A stretch of DNA of 61,296 nucleotides, filler included, from Vannella sp. (taxonomy: Eukaryota): assembly GCA_023345925.1 (NCBI GenBank). It is 5 parts of 5 records of this genome, joined end to end, with 100 filler letters (N's around TTAATTAATTAA, not from the genome) between each part and the next. Parts side by side here need not be neighbours in the genome. Positions count along the whole stretch, not along the records: positions 55,162 to 61,296 come from JAJQQN010000099.1; 4 more parts are not named here. One strand, written 5' to 3'. Position 1 is the stretch's first letter, and each line of letters opens with the position of its first letter. Of this stretch, positions 58,922 through 61,296 are shown piece by piece. The position numbers and the translations under genes were made by a program. Below the pieces are notes generated by a model. That model did no database searches and was not told the origin of the DNA. It saw only the letters and a list, made by a program, of their open reading frames with translations.

Positions 58922-59033
58922 CGACCCAACCGCCACGACCAAATGACCTCCCAGCTCGTCCCATCCGTTCCCCCTGGCGATCCAGACATGCCCATTCAGT
59001 GAGAGATTCTGTGTTGCTTCATTCAGGCATCAT

Positions 59034-61296
59034 TCAGTTGGCAAAGGCGCGCTCAGTAACGCGGCCGTCGGCCCCACAGGAGAACAATCTGCGTTGTTCG
59101 AAGACTAACTGCATTACTCCCTTCGTGAAGACAGCTGAACCAGGGTTCAGTAAGTCTGGGCGGATGAAGCGGTGCTGCTCGTGTGCATCTATCCATGAAT
59201 GGACAATCTCCAAGTCGGGAACGGTTAGTACTTTGATGTGGCCGTCGGTGGAGCCGGTGACGAGATAGTCTTCGTCTTCTGATAGGATCATGGTCTGGAC
59301 ATTGCCATCATGAACGTTTGGAACGTCTCTTATCTTCTCCATGGCAACGATGTCAAACGCACACAAATCTCCAGATTTGCCGCCAGAGATTAGCATCCGG
59401 TGCTTTCCACTGTACACAAGAGACTGTGCACCTTCGTTATCATGACATACGAATGCTGCTACACGTGCTCTGGCAGGAGGGAGGAGAACATCGTACAAGC
59501 AGACATTCCGGCGGTTCTTGGACTGACCGCATGTGGCAATCCAACTGCCGGAATTGAGAAACACAAAGTCACTGCACTTCTTGCTGTGGACTTGATAGCT
59601 CCAGAAGGCATGGGAGAAGACAGCGTGGTCAGCTGGGCTGAAGCGGAAGAGGGAAACTTTGCCCTCCCAATCGCAATAGCCAAACTTCGTGCCTCCCCTG
59701 TTCCAACGGATCTTAGAGACGCGCGCAGTGGAGGTTTTGTACTGTTGCAAAGCTTCGTTATGATGGAAGAGCCACAGTAGAATCGCTCCGCTATTGTCGC
59801 CGCTGAGATAGAATGGATGCTTGGGGTGGGATGCCAAGTGACTTGCAGAAATAGTACCATGTTCTGGTAGTCCTGAAGACCGAGAAGGGCGAGGCTTGGT
59901 CGGTGTTCCTCCCTGGATTCGAGGCTTGATTGCAGACTGGCGTTTACCCACAGGGTCAGTCAGTGGCGCTTTCAACTCAGAAATTCCTGATGGTTCCTCC
60001 GAGGGGTGCTGGCGTTTCTGCTGCTTTAGGAACTCCACAGATTTGAGGACTGACTGGTGCTTGACCTGTGCAGACTTGTCTCGAACGCTCACTTCCATTT
60101 CACGCATCTCTCGAGTGTTGGCCACGATGATGTGAGAGTGGTCGAGCGGATTCATGCAGAAGCTCTGAATAAGATCGTTTTCCCGATAAAGGATGTTCTC
60201 GAGACCACTTTGCTCCCATTTGATGAAGGAATGGTTGGTTGGCATGGACGCTAATTGAGTTCGGAAGGTCGAGACCTTCTCTTGGAGTAAATCTGTTCCC
60301 TGAGACCGGAATAGTGCGGAGAAGAGCTTTCCGGCACTCTCACGGAAGGAGGAGAGCTTCATTAATCCATTGAATGTCTCTTTGATCTTATCAGATCCTC
60401 CGAAAAGGGATCGCGGAAGGTCAGAGGCATCTGTTTGTTGAAGGAATGGCACCACCTTCACTGCACCGCGGAGCTCCTTAGTCATCAATTTGAGTTCGTC
60501 ATTGAACTCCGTTGATCCATTGCCTTCTCTGATAGATAAGAGAGAGCGAGCAAGTAAATAGTGCAGAAGTTTCTCGAGGAATCGCTGCCCTTCCATTTTC
60601 CCGCCCTTTACTACTTCTCCAGACTCAATGGCAAAGCGAGAGAGAATCTCTTCTTGGTACTCATGGGATAGGAGCCTCTCTGAGGTGGCTTCGAGAGCTT
60701 GCAAAAGTGTTGGGCTCCAGGAAAGAGTGATTTCCTTGACCCCATTCAATTCTAGAAGAGCTTCAAAGTCGAAACAGCTCCACGCAGCGATGAAGAAGGC
60801 GGTAAAGATCCCCGAGAGAACGTAGCTAACGTCAGAATCCTTCACAGCCCCTTGCTCGACCATTTGTTCTAGCGCCGCCTTCAACTCCTTCGCTTGTCTT
60901 AGATAACTTAAAGCTTGAAGAGGGGGAATGATCATTGTCTGCGGTGCTTTCCGAGCCATCAGAGAAACTAATGAATGCAATGGCCGAGCCAGAGAGCGGA
61001 GAAGTGCCACAACTTCTTCGCTTCCTCGCTGGGCAAGAACCATTGGGAGGAGCTTCGAGTACATTTGCTGGGAAAGGCAATACCGGAATAGATCCTCATA
61101 AACCTCCTTTGGGTCTGCAGGAAGCCCTAAGCTGTTCACATACGAAGATGTCTCTTCTGCTAGATGGGGAGAACACACTCGAGTTAGTTGGGCGAGAAGG
61201 CTTTGATGAACGAAAAGAGGGTAAATCAGTTTCTCTTGGATGCTGTCGAAGCTGGCACCGTCATCACTGTCTGGCTCCCCTTCTGGGTCCTCTTCT
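59034..61296 (-). CDS. DmX-like / Rabconnectin-3alpha, C-terminal part
   Basis: SHPKHPFYLSG, HSKKCSDFVFL.SGSWIATCGQS..RNVCLYD.L and LFSCGADG match the DMXL C-terminal WD40 propeller. Confidence 0.85.
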   Translation of the reverse strand, partial: EEDPEGEPDSDDGASFDSIQEKLIYPLFVHQSLLAQLTRVCSPHLAEETSSYVNSLGLPADPKEVYEDLFRYCLSQQMYSKLLPMVLAQRGSEEVVALLRSLARPLHSLVSLMARKAPQTMIIPPLQALSYLRQAKELKAALEQMVEQGAVKDSDVSYVLSGIFTAFFIAAWSCFDFEALLELNGVKEITLSWSPTLLQALEATSERLLSHEYQEEILSRFAIESGEVVKGGKMEGQRFLEKLLHYLLARSLLSIREGNGSTEFNDELKLMTKELRGAVKVVPFLQQTDASDLPRSLFGGSDKIKETFNGLMKLSSFRESAGKLFSALFRSQGTDLLQEKVSTFRTQLASMPTNHSFIKWEQSGLENILYRENDLIQSFCMNPLDHSHIIVANTREMREMEVSVRDKSAQVKHQSVLKSVEFLKQQKRQHPSEEPSGISELKAPLTDPVGKRQSAIKPRIQGGTPTKPRPSRSSGLPEHGTISASHLASHPKHPFYLSGDNSGAILLWLFHHNEALQQYKTSTARVSKIRWNRGGTKFGYCDWEGKVSLFRFSPADHAVFSHAFWSYQVHSKKCSDFVFLNSGSWIATCGQSKNRRNVCLYDVLLPPARARVAAFVCHDNEGAQSLVYSGKHRMLISGGKSGDLCAFDIVAMEKIRDVPNVHDGNVQTMILSEDEDYLVTGSTDGHIKVLTVPDLEIVHSWIDAHEQHRFIRPDLLNPGSAVFTKGVMQLVFEQRRLFSCGADGRVTERAFAN

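Noticed and set aside
1..61296. Alternative genetic code or programmed frameshifting to explain fragmented ORFs
   Set aside because: Breaks in conserved genes are resolved by short canonical GT-AG introns, and TAA, TAG and TGA all serve as true stops.

Overview
Eukaryotic DNA from a compact protist-like genome with the standard genetic code, short (~40-65 nt) GT-AG introns and very short intergenic gaps. It is five contigs joined by artificial N44-TTAATTAATTAA-N44 spacers (11214, 27766, 46602, 55062), so adjacency across spacers has no biological meaning. Most genes are recognisable: a VAMP7-like SNARE, M28 aminopeptidase, LIS1, eIF1A, P450, RasGEF, Rab5-group GTPase, Raptor, ABCF3, SIRT6-like sirtuin, PP6, GlyRS, RNF14-like RBR ligase, ACBP, PLD, CLC and DmX-like. 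There is also an apparently intact hAT transposon with 12-bp TIRs. The three most notable items are: (1) a ubiquitin-activating E1 fused in one ORF to four N-terminal CBS repeats, a possible adenylate-sensing E1; (2) a phospholipase D with a ~280-aa Vps62/DUF946-like domain inserted right after its first HKD motif; (3) a single-pass surface protein with a Gly-rich bacterial-looking head, a S/T/P stalk and a GPS-like (HL|T) autoproteolysis motif. An Inr-like YCA(T/C)TT motif precedes many start codons, and two families of dispersed degenerate repeats are visible. All family calls come from motif recognition by eye; no database search was run.
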